From Nitrospinota bacterium (GTDB lineage Bacteria > UBA8248), in contig JAZAHK010000003.1 of NCBI GenBank assembly GCA_036231405.1, forward strand, positions 96,001 through 160,000: 64,000 nt of DNA, written 5' to 3'. Within the stretch, counting starts at the first letter, position 1, and every line of letters begins with the position of its first letter. The notes under the pieces were generated by a model, which worked only from the letters and a program-made list of their open reading frames with translations, was not told the origin of the DNA and made no database searches. Below, in pieces: positions 49,315 through 58,685 of the stretch. A program made the position numbers and the translations under genes.

Positions 49315-50481
49315 TTAAGAAAGAGTAGAAAGTGCACCAGAAATACGATGAATCGCTTCCTCTAAATTTTCGATGCTATTCGCAAAACACATACGCAGAT
49401 GATTATCTGCATATCTACCAAAAGCTGAACCCGGTAATGTCGCTACACCAACTTCATCAAGCAAGTAATCAGATAATTTCTCAGCAGACAATGGAATTTC
49501 ACTGACATTTGGGAAAGCGTAAAACGCGCCCTCAGGGAATTTACAAGATATACCATCAATTGAGTTTAATCCATTTATAAAGACATCTCTTCTCCTCTTA
49601 AATTCCGACATCATTTTAATACTATCAGCTTGCTGACCATTTAAAGCATCCACTCCAGCCATTTGTATGAAAGGAGGAACGCAACTCACAGAATTTGTTA
49701 TAAGCTGGGCTAAAGGTTCAGATAACCATGTAGGAGCTGCTATGAAACCTAGCCTCCATCCAGTCATCGCATAAGTCTTTGAAAAAGTCTCCAGCAAAAT
49801 TGTTCTTTCACGCATTCCATCAAGTGTTCCAATCGAAATATGGGAACCCTGAAATAACATATTCGCATATACTTCATCAGATAGAATGACAAAATCGTTC
49901 TCAATGGCAAGTTTTCCTATTTCTTGCAATTCCACTTCACTCAAAGTACCTCCAGTAGGATTATGAGGATAATTAAGAATCAACAATCGAGTATTCTTCG
50001 AAATTCGATCTTTCAAATCATCGATTGTAAATTTAAAATTATTCTCCTCAAGAATCGGAAGGGGAACCGGTTTCGCTCCGGCATATAGTGCAACTGATTC
50101 GTATACTGGGAAACCTGGATCAGGATATATCACTTCATCTCCAACACCAGATGTAGCCATAATCGTATAGTAGAGAAACGGCTTCCCTCCTGGACCAATC
50201 ACAATCTCTTCTGCCGAATATTGCCCACGATTATTTTTCTTAATCCATTCGCAACAAGCTTCTCTAAGTTCTAGGATGCCAGCAGAAGGACAATAATGGG
50301 TGTTTCCAGATTTCACTTGGGTACATACAGCATTCACAATATTTAATGGAGTATCAAAATCTGTATCACCTATTTCCAAGTGAATAATACTTTTACCCTC
50401 CCTCTCGAGTTGATTAGCTTTCGCCAGAACAACAAAAGAGTTTTCAGTTTTCAAAAGACTCATTCTATCAGCTAGACGCAT
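49315..50481 (-). CDS. Class I/II PLP-dependent aminotransferase (aspartate aminotransferase-like)
   Basis: NYPHNPTG, SDEVY, FSKTYAMTGWRLG, PEGAFY. Confidence 0.93.
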   Translation of the reverse strand: MRLADRMSLLKTENSFVVLAKANQLEREGKSIIHLEIGDTDFDTPLNIVNAVCTQVKSGNTHYCPSAGILELREACCEWIKKNNRGQYSAEEIVIGPGGKPFLYYTIMATSGVGDEVIYPDPGFPVYESVALYAGAKPVPLPILEENNFKFTIDDLKDRISKNTRLLILNYPHNPTGGTLSEVELQEIGKLAIENDFVILSDEVYANMLFQGSHISIGTLDGMRERTILLETFSKTYAMTGWRLGFIAAPTWLSEPLAQLITNSVSCVPPFIQMAGVDALNGQQADSIKMMSEFKRRRDVFINGLNSIDGISCKFPEGAFYAFPNVSEIPLSAEKLSDYLLDEVGVATLPGSAFGRYADNHLRMCFANSIENLEEAIHRISGALSTLS

Positions 50482-51097
50482 TCGGTAACTCCATATTGTC
50501 TATATTTGGAGATATTCCAAATTCTTTTAATACTTTTATAATTTCCTTCAATGGGAATCCTATAACATTAGTGTAACTCCCATTTATCTTATCTACAAGG
50601 AAATATCCTTTTCCTTGAATAGCATATCCTCCAGCCTTATCTAAAGACTCATTTTCTGCAATATACTCCTTAATTTCAATAGGATTGAGTTTTCGGAACT
50701 CTATTTCTGTTACAACATTTTCAACCTTTTGACATTTAGAAGACATGACTGCAAAACCAGTAATAACAAAATGCTGTCTCCCAGATAGGGAGTCTATCAT
50801 TTTAAATGCGTCCTCTAAATCCTTAGGTTTTCCTAAAATTTTTTTTTCTCTTACAACAATGGTGTCTGCAGCTAAAACGACAGATTCAGGAAATATTTCA
50901 AGCATACTAGAAGCTTTCGCTTTAGCAATTTGCATCGCTATTTCTTCCGGATTTCCGCCCTCACGAAACTCTTCCTCAATGGAAGAATCAGGCGGGGCAA
51001 CTCTAAACTCTATTTTTGTCTCGGACAAAAGAGAAATTCTGCGAGGGGATCCTGAGGCAAGTATTAGAGTGTTTTTATTTTTAGAATTGGGAGCCAA
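50468..51097 (-). CDS. maf: Maf family nucleotide pyrophosphatase
   Basis: ILASGSPRR, ADTIV, LGKP, DKAGGYAIQG, NVIG.P. Confidence 0.93.
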   Translation of the reverse strand: MAPNSKNKNTLILASGSPRRISLLSETKIEFRVAPPDSSIEEEFREGGNPEEIAMQIAKAKASSMLEIFPESVVLAADTIVVREKKILGKPKDLEDAFKMIDSLSGRQHFVITGFAVMSSKCQKVENVVTEIEFRKLNPIEIKEYIAENESLDKAGGYAIQGKGYFLVDKINGSYTNVIGFPLKEIIKVLKEFGISPNIDNMELPNASS

Positions 51098-51099
51098 CT

Positions 51100-52086
51100 T
51101 TAAAAATTTCTATCAACTATGAAATCAGCCATATATTTAAGAGAATCTAAATGTTCAGATCTTTCAATAACAGACAAAGAAGATTTTGCCTCTTCCGCAT
51201 AATGTCTAGCTAGATTTCTTGTATATGAAACTGAACCACATTCTTCCATCAATTCCAGAATAAAATTTAAATTCTCTTCATGAAGTTCATCCGATTCTAA
51301 AATAATCTTTTTAAGTCTTTCCTTACGAATTCCATCAACTCTTAATAGAAGATGTAATAGAGGCAATGTTATATTCCCGTCAAGCAAATCACTCCCAATT
51401 TTCTTTCCCGTTTTATTTTCATCTCCCATATAGTCTAGTGCATCATCAATAAGCTGAAAAGAATATCCTATATTCATGCCATAGGTGTTTAGTGCCTCAA
51501 TTATGTGGTCAGGGGAACCACTTAAAATTGCACCTAGTTTACAACTTGCAGCAATTAGAGCAGCTGTCTTTCTATAAACTACTTTAAGATACTCTTCTTC
51601 TGTTACATCTACATTATAAAGATTAATAAGTTGTAATACTTCGCCTTCAGAAAGAAGGGTGCAAGCCTCGGACATAGTTTTCATGATACGTAAATCTTCT
51701 TCAGATGACATGAGTTCAAAACTCTTTGCAAAAAGAAAATCACCCACTAGCACACTTGCCTCATTCCCCCATTTTGAGTTAGCAGAGGGATTTCCCCTTC
51801 TCACATCTGCATCGTCTACAACATCATCATGCAATAAAGTCGCAGTGTGAATGAATTCTACAACACAACAGTGTTTTATAGTTTTCTCACCCTTATATCC
51901 GCAGGCTCTTGATGAAAGAAGAAGAAGTAATGGACGTATCCTCTTTCCCCCTGAAGAACTTAAGTATTCACTGACATCTGGGATTAAAACCACATCGGAG
52001 TGAAAGTTTTTTTTTATCTCTTTCTCAACTTCCTCGAGGTCGGCAGAAAGTGAATTTATAATTTCTGAAAAAATCAAATAAATCAT
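51100..52086 (-). CDS. ispB: Long-chain polyprenyl (octaprenyl-like) diphosphate synthase
   Basis: GGKRIRP, TATLLHDDVVD, LVGDFL, EGE..Q, KTA, FQLIDD.LD. Confidence 0.88.
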   Translation of the reverse strand: MIYLIFSEIINSLSADLEEVEKEIKKNFHSDVVLIPDVSEYLSSSGGKRIRPLLLLLSSRACGYKGEKTIKHCCVVEFIHTATLLHDDVVDDADVRRGNPSANSKWGNEASVLVGDFLFAKSFELMSSEEDLRIMKTMSEACTLLSEGEVLQLINLYNVDVTEEEYLKVVYRKTAALIAASCKLGAILSGSPDHIIEALNTYGMNIGYSFQLIDDALDYMGDENKTGKKIGSDLLDGNITLPLLHLLLRVDGIRKERLKKIILESDELHEENLNFILELMEECGSVSYTRNLARHYAEEAKSSLSVIERSEHLDSLKYMADFIVDRNF

Positions 52087-52273
52087 CCTTAGTGAAAAAA
52101 ATAGTTTTCTATATATGGGATTTCAACCATATGCTATGGTATTAGCTCGTATGTAGGAAAGACAACTACAATTAGTAAAAAAAATTAGACCCTTTCGTCA
52201 AAAACAATGGAACATCATACTAAATTGTCTTCTTAAACCATAAGATGGGATAAGAAAGAATTTTTAAATAGAG

Positions 52274-53509
52274 ATGATAATGGAAGCCTTGGTAAAAGAA
52301 AAAAACAAAGAATCAAACTTTGTATTAGTTCATTATAATGAAATAGGAATAAAAGGAAAAAATCGCTATAAATTTATTGACCTACTGATAGATAGAATAC
52401 AAAAAACTTTAAATATATATGGCAAAATTAGTGTAAAGAAAAAAACGGGTAGGATTTTAATTAAATATGACTCAACAATCCCATGGACTAAAATAGAAAA
52501 AAGCTTATCAACCTGCTTTGGTATTGCATATTTTGCTAGAGCTTACAAAAACACAGTCAACCTTCCGTTAGTAAAAGATGAAATCTTAAACTTAATTTCC
52601 GAAAAAGAGATACAGACTTTCAGAGTTCGAACAAGAAAATGCTTCAAAAATATCCCGATAAGCACAAAAGAATGGGACAAGGAAATTGGTGCTTGCATTC
52701 AAGCAGAACGCCACCTCCCTGTAGATTTGAAAGAAGACAACTTTACTATTCACATAGAAGTAATCCCGAATGAAGTTTATATATATTTTGAAAAATTATC
52801 TGGTCCAGGTGGCCTTCCACAAGGGATAAGCGGTCATATGACATGCCTCCTATCGGGTGGAATTGATTCCCCCGTTGCATCATGGAGAATGATGAAAAGA
52901 GGTTGTGAAGTGATTTTTGTTCACTTTCACGGGGCTCCTTATTTGAGCCGTGTTTCTGCAGAGAAAGCATTAGATCTTGCAGAAGTTTTGAACGAATATC
53001 AAATAAAGAGTAAAATCTATCTCGTTCCTTTTGGAGAACTCCAAAAACAAATTGTTCTTTCAACGAAACCTGAGCATAGAGTTATTTTATACCGTCGTTT
53101 TATGCTTCGCATTGCAGAGTCAATATCAAATAAGGAAAAAGTATCTTCGCTAGTTACAGGGGAAAGTCTAGGTCAAGTTGCCAGTCAAACCCTTTCTAAT
53201 ATTTCTACTATTCAAAACGCAGTAGAGATGCCAATTTTAAGACCTCTAATTGGAATGGATAAAGAAGAAATAATAAAACAAGCCAAGGAAATTAATACAT
53301 TCGAAATTTCGATAGAACCGGATCAAGATTGTTGTACTTTATTCGTGCCAAAACATCCCGCAGTCCGTTCTAAATTATTCGTTATTGAAAATATAGAAAA
53401 AAAACTACCTGTGGATGAGATGACAAAAACAGTTCTCGAAAAAACTGAAATCTATTTCTTAGAAAAAGGAAAAAAGAAAACTGAAATTCAGCAAGAAAAA
53501 TTTAACTAA
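52274..53509 (+). CDS. thiI: tRNA 4-thiouridine synthase ThiI (no rhodanese domain)
   Basis: EIGIKGKNR, THUMP region, LLSGGIDSPVA, TGESLGQVASQT, DCC. Confidence 0.95.
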   Translation: MIMEALVKEKNKESNFVLVHYNEIGIKGKNRYKFIDLLIDRIQKTLNIYGKISVKKKTGRILIKYDSTIPWTKIEKSLSTCFGIAYFARAYKNTVNLPLVKDEILNLISEKEIQTFRVRTRKCFKNIPISTKEWDKEIGACIQAERHLPVDLKEDNFTIHIEVIPNEVYIYFEKLSGPGGLPQGISGHMTCLLSGGIDSPVASWRMMKRGCEVIFVHFHGAPYLSRVSAEKALDLAEVLNEYQIKSKIYLVPFGELQKQIVLSTKPEHRVILYRRFMLRIAESISNKEKVSSLVTGESLGQVASQTLSNISTIQNAVEMPILRPLIGMDKEEIIKQAKEINTFEISIEPDQDCCTLFVPKHPAVRSKLFVIENIEKKLPVDEMTKTVLEKTEIYFLEKGKKKTEIQQEKFN

Positions 53510-53519
53510 AATAAGTAAA

Positions 53520-54431
53520 CTATTTTGCGTCAATCAACTGTTTCATAGCCTCTGCAGGAAGAGGTTCACAAGACATACAATTCTGTTTAGCCTGTTCTTC
53601 AGTTCTTATCCCAGGAATAACGCAAGAAACATCCGGATTAGAAACACAAAAGCGTATTGCGGCCTCTGCAGGGGAAATTCCTAATTGACTAGAGATGTCC
53701 CTCAGTTTGTTCAATTTACCTTGAAACTTTCTAATATTATCGGCACTTAGGATTCTACTTCTTCTGTCACCCTCAACAAATTCAAACGTTTCATCTATCC
53801 TTCCGGATAGAAATCCCCTCTTAAGAGGAACTCTTGAGATAATTCCGATATTTGCGGACTTTGCTCTAGCAAAAGCTTCTGCAGCTTCCTGACTAATAAA
53901 GTTATATTCCATCTGCAAGCAAGCTGAAGTCCCTTGTTCGGTAACATAATCGCATTCTTCTTCTGTATTTACTGAAACTCCCCAGTGCGCAATCTTGCCA
54001 TCTTGTTTTGCCTTATCCAAAAGAGCATAACTATCTTCCGCCATCATATTATCAATAGTTGGATTGTGCAGTTGATAATAATCTATTCTATCTACACCCA
54101 ATCTTTTAAGACTAGCTTCAAGACAACCTCCTATATACTCGGGTGTATAGTCATACTCCCCAGTTACCATATTGTTTCCACCTTTTGTAAAAACAAGGAT
54201 ATCTTGACGGTCTTGCCTTTCTTTTAAAAAATTTCCTATGACAGATTCACTGTGTCCTTGCCCATACGCATCAGATGTATCAATAAAATTCATGCCATTA
54301 TCTATAGAAGCATGAAGTGCACGATTGCTTTCTGAGTCATCCACAGGACCATAAATCTCTCCGATCGTCATAGCACCAAAACCTATAACCGTGACTTCTA
54401 AACCAGTTGCCCCAAGTATACGTTTTTCCAT
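53520..54431 (-). CDS. Aldo/keto reductase
   Basis: LG.TGLEV..IGFG, DTSDAYG, TK, SLKRL..D.ID.YQLH, IPG. Confidence 0.93.
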   Translation of the reverse strand: MEKRILGATGLEVTVIGFGAMTIGEIYGPVDDSESNRALHASIDNGMNFIDTSDAYGQGHSESVIGNFLKERQDRQDILVFTKGGNNMVTGEYDYTPEYIGGCLEASLKRLGVDRIDYYQLHNPTIDNMMAEDSYALLDKAKQDGKIAHWGVSVNTEEECDYVTEQGTSACLQMEYNFISQEAAEAFARAKSANIGIISRVPLKRGFLSGRIDETFEFVEGDRRSRILSADNIRKFQGKLNKLRDISSQLGISPAEAAIRFCVSNPDVSCVIPGIRTEEQAKQNCMSCEPLPAEAMKQLIDAK

Positions 54432-54728
54432 TTTTCCCCTCCGTAGAAATCCGGTTAAAAATACAAAGATAAAATGTACGGGAAAGTCTTTAAAAATTAC
54501 TTTCCACTATAATATAAAAAATTAGTTGAGACACCAATAATTGAAAAAATTTATTTAAAAAGACCTTTGAAATTAGAATGAAAAAAATTAATTTTGAACC
54601 TTTTATACTTGCTCTATTTAGCTTTTTAAGAGTATCAGGTTTTATTTTTGTTACCCAATAAATTATGCAACAATAAGTAAAATAAAGATTTTTAAATAGC
54701 ACAAACTACTAAAAGGGGTAAAAAACTC

Positions 54729-55154
54729 ATGCCTTATTATAACTTATATGGAATGGAAAAATTAAGAGAAAATGAAACTCCTCTAGCTGAAATCCAGAAA
54801 GTTAAAGGAGAACTTATGAAAACCGGCCTCGTGACTTACAACCAAGGTGGACACCCGCGTCCACATTTTCACCCAAACGAAGAACAATTTGTTTTTATCT
54901 TAGAAGGGAAAAGATATTCAATACTTGGAGATGAAGAAAAATTAGTTGGTCCTGGTGATCTCTTACATATACCCAGAAATACTCGTCACTGCGCTATTAC
55001 CTTAGACGAAAAGTGTATAGCGTACGTTACTAAAAGCCCGGCTGGAACAGGTCATCTCGCACAAGATTACAACGAATCTGATGATGCAGATGAGGTTGAA
55101 AAAAGGCTTCAGGAAAAATTAGAAGAATATAAGAAAACTGGAATTATTCAATAA
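54729..55154 (+). CDS. Cupin domain protein
   Basis: PHFHPNEEQ...LEG and IP.NT.H metal-binding motifs. Confidence 0.88.
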   Translation: MPYYNLYGMEKLRENETPLAEIQKVKGELMKTGLVTYNQGGHPRPHFHPNEEQFVFILEGKRYSILGDEEKLVGPGDLLHIPRNTRHCAITLDEKCIAYVTKSPAGTGHLAQDYNESDDADEVEKRLQEKLEEYKKTGIIQ

Positions 55155-55181
55155 AAAAACTAATTTCTATGAAAGGAAAAA

Positions 55182-56828
55182 ATGAACTCTAACTTAACTC
55201 CGAACGACCCAGAAAGAGTCCGTAATATTTATCCTTCAGTAACACCCCAGTGGCCTTTCAATCAACCTCCTAAGACGAGAGAAAGTTCTCAACCTATATA
55301 TAATATTCAGTCTGATACAAACTTAAAAATTACGATGAGAGACGATGTAAAAATAGCTGCGGATATTTTTCGACCTAGCTCAGGGGGACAAAAATTCCCA
55401 GCACTGTTAGCTATTTCCCCTTATACAAAAGGACTTCAATCTACGAATGTTCCAATTGCACAAAACGAAGCAGGAATAACTGAGTTCTGGGTACCAAGGG
55501 GATATGCACATATTATAGTTGATTCAAGAGGAACAAATGATTCGGAAGGCAAATTCAATAACAGGCGAGAAATAGAACAACAAGACTTTATTGAATTAAT
55601 AAATTGGGCAGCTAGTCAACCCTGGTGCGATGGTTCTGTTGGTATGGTAGGTTGCTCCTATTTTTCCCTAGTTCAACTTTTATCTGCAAAACACCAACCT
55701 GAACCTCTTAAAGCAATCTTTCCCTATGATGCATGGACTGATAAATACAGACACCTATTTTATCCTGGTGGAATACCTCAAACAGGATATATGTGGATGT
55801 GGTTTTCTGCTATGTCAAATTTACATTTTAATAGTGGGAGATCAAATGATTTATCTGGTCTAGTTGAAATGATGGAAGAAGGGATGGGATTTGAACATCC
55901 ATTTGACGGGGAGTTCCATTGGGCATCATCCCCCCAACCTTTCCTAGACAAAATAAACATCCCAACATACTTGGGATCTGACTGGTCGTTTTATTGGGAT
56001 CATCTCCCTGGAGTTTTTGCAGGATGGGAAGGAATTCAAGGAACTCCAAAAAGAATGTTAGTCGGTCCTAAGCCCTCTCCGTGGAGACCTTTTGCTGCAT
56101 ACCACCAAGAAACTTTACGCTGGTATGATCATTGGCTTAAAGGAATGGATACGGGTGTTATGGACGGTCCCCCCATACAACTTTTCATTCAAGGGACAAA
56201 CGAATGGAGAGGGGAAAACGAATGGCCACTTTCTCGATCAGAATGGAAAAAATTATACCTAGGAGGACCCGCTGGAGGCTTGGAAGGAACCTTAACTGAT
56301 TCAGAACAAAATCAAAGTGACCGTTCATACATAAATGACCCTTTATCGTCCGAGTGGCGTTACGGACACCCTCGACTCGTGTACAGGACTGAAGCATTAT
56401 CAGAACCGATTGAGTTCACAGGACCATTGTCTCTCCATCTAATAGCTCATTCGAGTGTGGAGGACACAGATTGGATTGTTTACTTGCTTGATGAATCCCC
56501 CGATGGAACTACCCGTTTACTAACAAGGGGTTGTCTGCGCGCTTCACATAGAGAAATAGATGTCTCCAAATCAAAGCCAGGAAGGCCTTGGCACCCACAC
56601 GATAAAAAAGTACTGCTTGTCCCAAATCAAATTGAAACTTTTGAGATAGAGATAGTCCCAACAGCTAACGTTTTTCTTAAAGATCACCGGATTCGTCTTG
56701 AAATTTGTAGTTGTACTTCTGCAGTAAAACGTGTTGCATATTTAGATACCCTTGCAGTAAAAGCAAAAAATACTGTAATAGAAGGTAAAAATGGTTCATA
56801 TTTGTTATACTCGTCTATTCCCTCTTGA
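55182..56828 (+). CDS. CocE/NonD family serine hydrolase
   Basis: MRD.VKIAADIFRP, SPY, D.RGT..SEG, QPWCDG.VGM.GCSY, RWYDHWLKG, PepX-like C-terminal domain. Confidence 0.92.
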   Translation: MNSNLTPNDPERVRNIYPSVTPQWPFNQPPKTRESSQPIYNIQSDTNLKITMRDDVKIAADIFRPSSGGQKFPALLAISPYTKGLQSTNVPIAQNEAGITEFWVPRGYAHIIVDSRGTNDSEGKFNNRREIEQQDFIELINWAASQPWCDGSVGMVGCSYFSLVQLLSAKHQPEPLKAIFPYDAWTDKYRHLFYPGGIPQTGYMWMWFSAMSNLHFNSGRSNDLSGLVEMMEEGMGFEHPFDGEFHWASSPQPFLDKINIPTYLGSDWSFYWDHLPGVFAGWEGIQGTPKRMLVGPKPSPWRPFAAYHQETLRWYDHWLKGMDTGVMDGPPIQLFIQGTNEWRGENEWPLSRSEWKKLYLGGPAGGLEGTLTDSEQNQSDRSYINDPLSSEWRYGHPRLVYRTEALSEPIEFTGPLSLHLIAHSSVEDTDWIVYLLDESPDGTTRLLTRGCLRASHREIDVSKSKPGRPWHPHDKKVLLVPNQIETFEIEIVPTANVFLKDHRIRLEICSCTSAVKRVAYLDTLAVKAKNTVIEGKNGSYLLYSSIPS

Positions 56829-56837
56829 GGTTAAAAA

Positions 56838-58160
56838 ATGGAAGAAATTAAAAAAATAGCCCTAGAATTTATTGAGAGCCAAAAAGGCGAAGCGAGAGAT
56901 ATTTCACGTGAAATTTGGAACTTTGCAGAAATTGCTTTGGAAGAATTTAAAAGTTCCGAACTACTGGTTGAAGTCCTGCAACAATACGGCTTCGAAGTCC
57001 AACATGGGGTAGGCGACCTTCCAACTGCGTTTATCGCAACATGGGGTGATTCTGGTCCGACAATTGGGATTCTTGGAGAATACGATGCTCTCCCTCATTG
57101 CGGAAGCCAACACGACAAAAATGGTCACGGATGTGGACATAACTTATTTGGGACTGCGTGTGTTTATGCCGCAATTTCTATATCTAAAGCACTGGAAAGA
57201 ACAAAAACACCAGGTAAAGTTGTTTGCTTCGGATGTCCTGCAGAAGAAACCTTAGAAGGAAAAGTCTATATGGCACGTGATGGTGCTTTTGAAGGAATAG
57301 ACGCAGTTTTGACCTGGCATCCAAACTGGGGAAACTATGCTAGAGGCGGAAGTTCGAATGCAATGGATTCGATGGTGTTCGAATTTCACGGTAAAAGTTC
57401 GCATTCTGCGAGAGATCCATGGAACGGTAGAAGTGCGTTAGACGGAATAGAAATTATGAACTATGGAGTTAATATGATGCGAGAACATATTATAGAAGAA
57501 GCGCGAATACATTACGTGATAAGGGATGGAGGAGTACAACCAAATGTAGTCCCTTCCTATTCAAGAGTATGGTACTACGTAAGAGCTCCGAAACGTTCTA
57601 TAGTTAATGAACTTAGTAGAAGAGTCCGTCAGTGTGCTCAAGCTGGAGCAATCGCTTCTGAAACCGAATTTAAAGAAACTCTTCTAACTGGAGTATATGA
57701 AACTTTACCAAACCTTGCTCTTGCTAATTGTATTCAAAGAAATCTTGAATTAGTAGGTGGACATAAATACAGTCAAGAAGAGAGAGATTTTGCAAAAAAA
57801 CTAGGATTCGAAGAACCGCTTTCTGAAGAAATTCTTCCTCTAAACCTTGAACACATGCGTCCTAGCAATGAACGTGGAAATGTAAGTTGGATCGCTCCAC
57901 TTGGGAGCTTTTACGCAGCCTGTCACGCCCCAGGTACTCCCGGACATCATTGGCTTGCGACCCAACAATATGGAATGGAAATAGGAGAAAAAGGGATGGA
58001 AACAGCATCAAAAACAATTGCCACTTCTGCCCTAGAACTTATTTGCAACCCTGATCTTCTGAGCAAAGTTCAAAAAGAATTTAAAGAAAAAACAAAAAAA
58101 TTTAAGTACGATCCATTAGTGCCAAAGGGTCAAAAACCTAACCCTCTTGGATTTAGATAG
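56838..58160 (+). CDS. M20 family amidohydrolase (AbgB-like)
   Basis: GILGEYDALP, GHGCGHN, PAEE, WHP, GRSALD, PNVVP. Confidence 0.9.
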   Translation: MEEIKKIALEFIESQKGEARDISREIWNFAEIALEEFKSSELLVEVLQQYGFEVQHGVGDLPTAFIATWGDSGPTIGILGEYDALPHCGSQHDKNGHGCGHNLFGTACVYAAISISKALERTKTPGKVVCFGCPAEETLEGKVYMARDGAFEGIDAVLTWHPNWGNYARGGSSNAMDSMVFEFHGKSSHSARDPWNGRSALDGIEIMNYGVNMMREHIIEEARIHYVIRDGGVQPNVVPSYSRVWYYVRAPKRSIVNELSRRVRQCAQAGAIASETEFKETLLTGVYETLPNLALANCIQRNLELVGGHKYSQEERDFAKKLGFEEPLSEEILPLNLEHMRPSNERGNVSWIAPLGSFYAACHAPGTPGHHWLATQQYGMEIGEKGMETASKTIATSALELICNPDLLSKVQKEFKEKTKKFKYDPLVPKGQKPNPLGFR

Positions 58161-58180
58161 ATTTTTATTTTCAAAGAAAA

Positions 58181-58651
58181 TTAGTGACACCCCCCAGTTA
58201 TGCCGCGTTTGAGAAAGTAACTCTGGTGATATTCTTCTCCAGGCCAGAATGTAGTTGCTTTAGTTATTTCGGTAACAATCGGATTAGAGAATTTTCCGGA
58301 ATTATCCCACTTTTCTCGAGAACTCTTAGCTAACTCTTCTTCTTCTTTGTTAGAAAAGAAAATGGCTGACCGGTATTGTTCTCCTGTATCAGGTCCCTGC
58401 CTATTTAAGGTTGTCGGATCATGTAGATTCCAAAAACAATCTAACAACTCTTTATAAGTAATGATTGAAGGGTCAAACTCCACTCTTACAGATTCTGCGT
58501 GACCGGTTTTTGAGTAGCAAACTTCTTCGTATGTTGGGTTTTCCTTATCGCCGCCTATATATCCTACGTCAGTGTTCACGACGCCATTCAGACTCTGAAA
58601 AGTAGACTCCACTCCCCAAAAACAACCAGCAGCAAAAATAGCAACAGACAA
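58181..58651 (-). CDS. msrA: Peptide methionine sulfoxide reductase A
   Basis: AAGCFWG, GY.GG, TGHAE, HDPT..NRQG.D.G.QYRS, EEYHQ; TTG start after GGAG (ORF track gives 58681). Confidence 0.95.
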   Translation of the reverse strand: MSVAIFAAGCFWGVESTFQSLNGVVNTDVGYIGGDKENPTYEEVCYSKTGHAESVRVEFDPSIITYKELLDCFWNLHDPTTLNRQGPDTGEQYRSAIFFSNKEEEELAKSSREKWDNSGKFSNPIVTEITKATTFWPGEEYHQSYFLKRGITGGCH

Positions 58652-58685
58652 CTTTAAATCTCCAATTTGATTGTATCCCAAAGTA

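Noticed and set aside
52126-52140. ACCATA-tgc-TATGGT palindrome between ispB and thiI
   Set aside because: Only 6-bp arms and a single occurrence, which is expected by chance.
54490-54702. 70-aa ORF in an AT-rich intergenic region
   Set aside because: Low-complexity F/I/K/L composition, no RBS seen, and located in a divergent promoter region.
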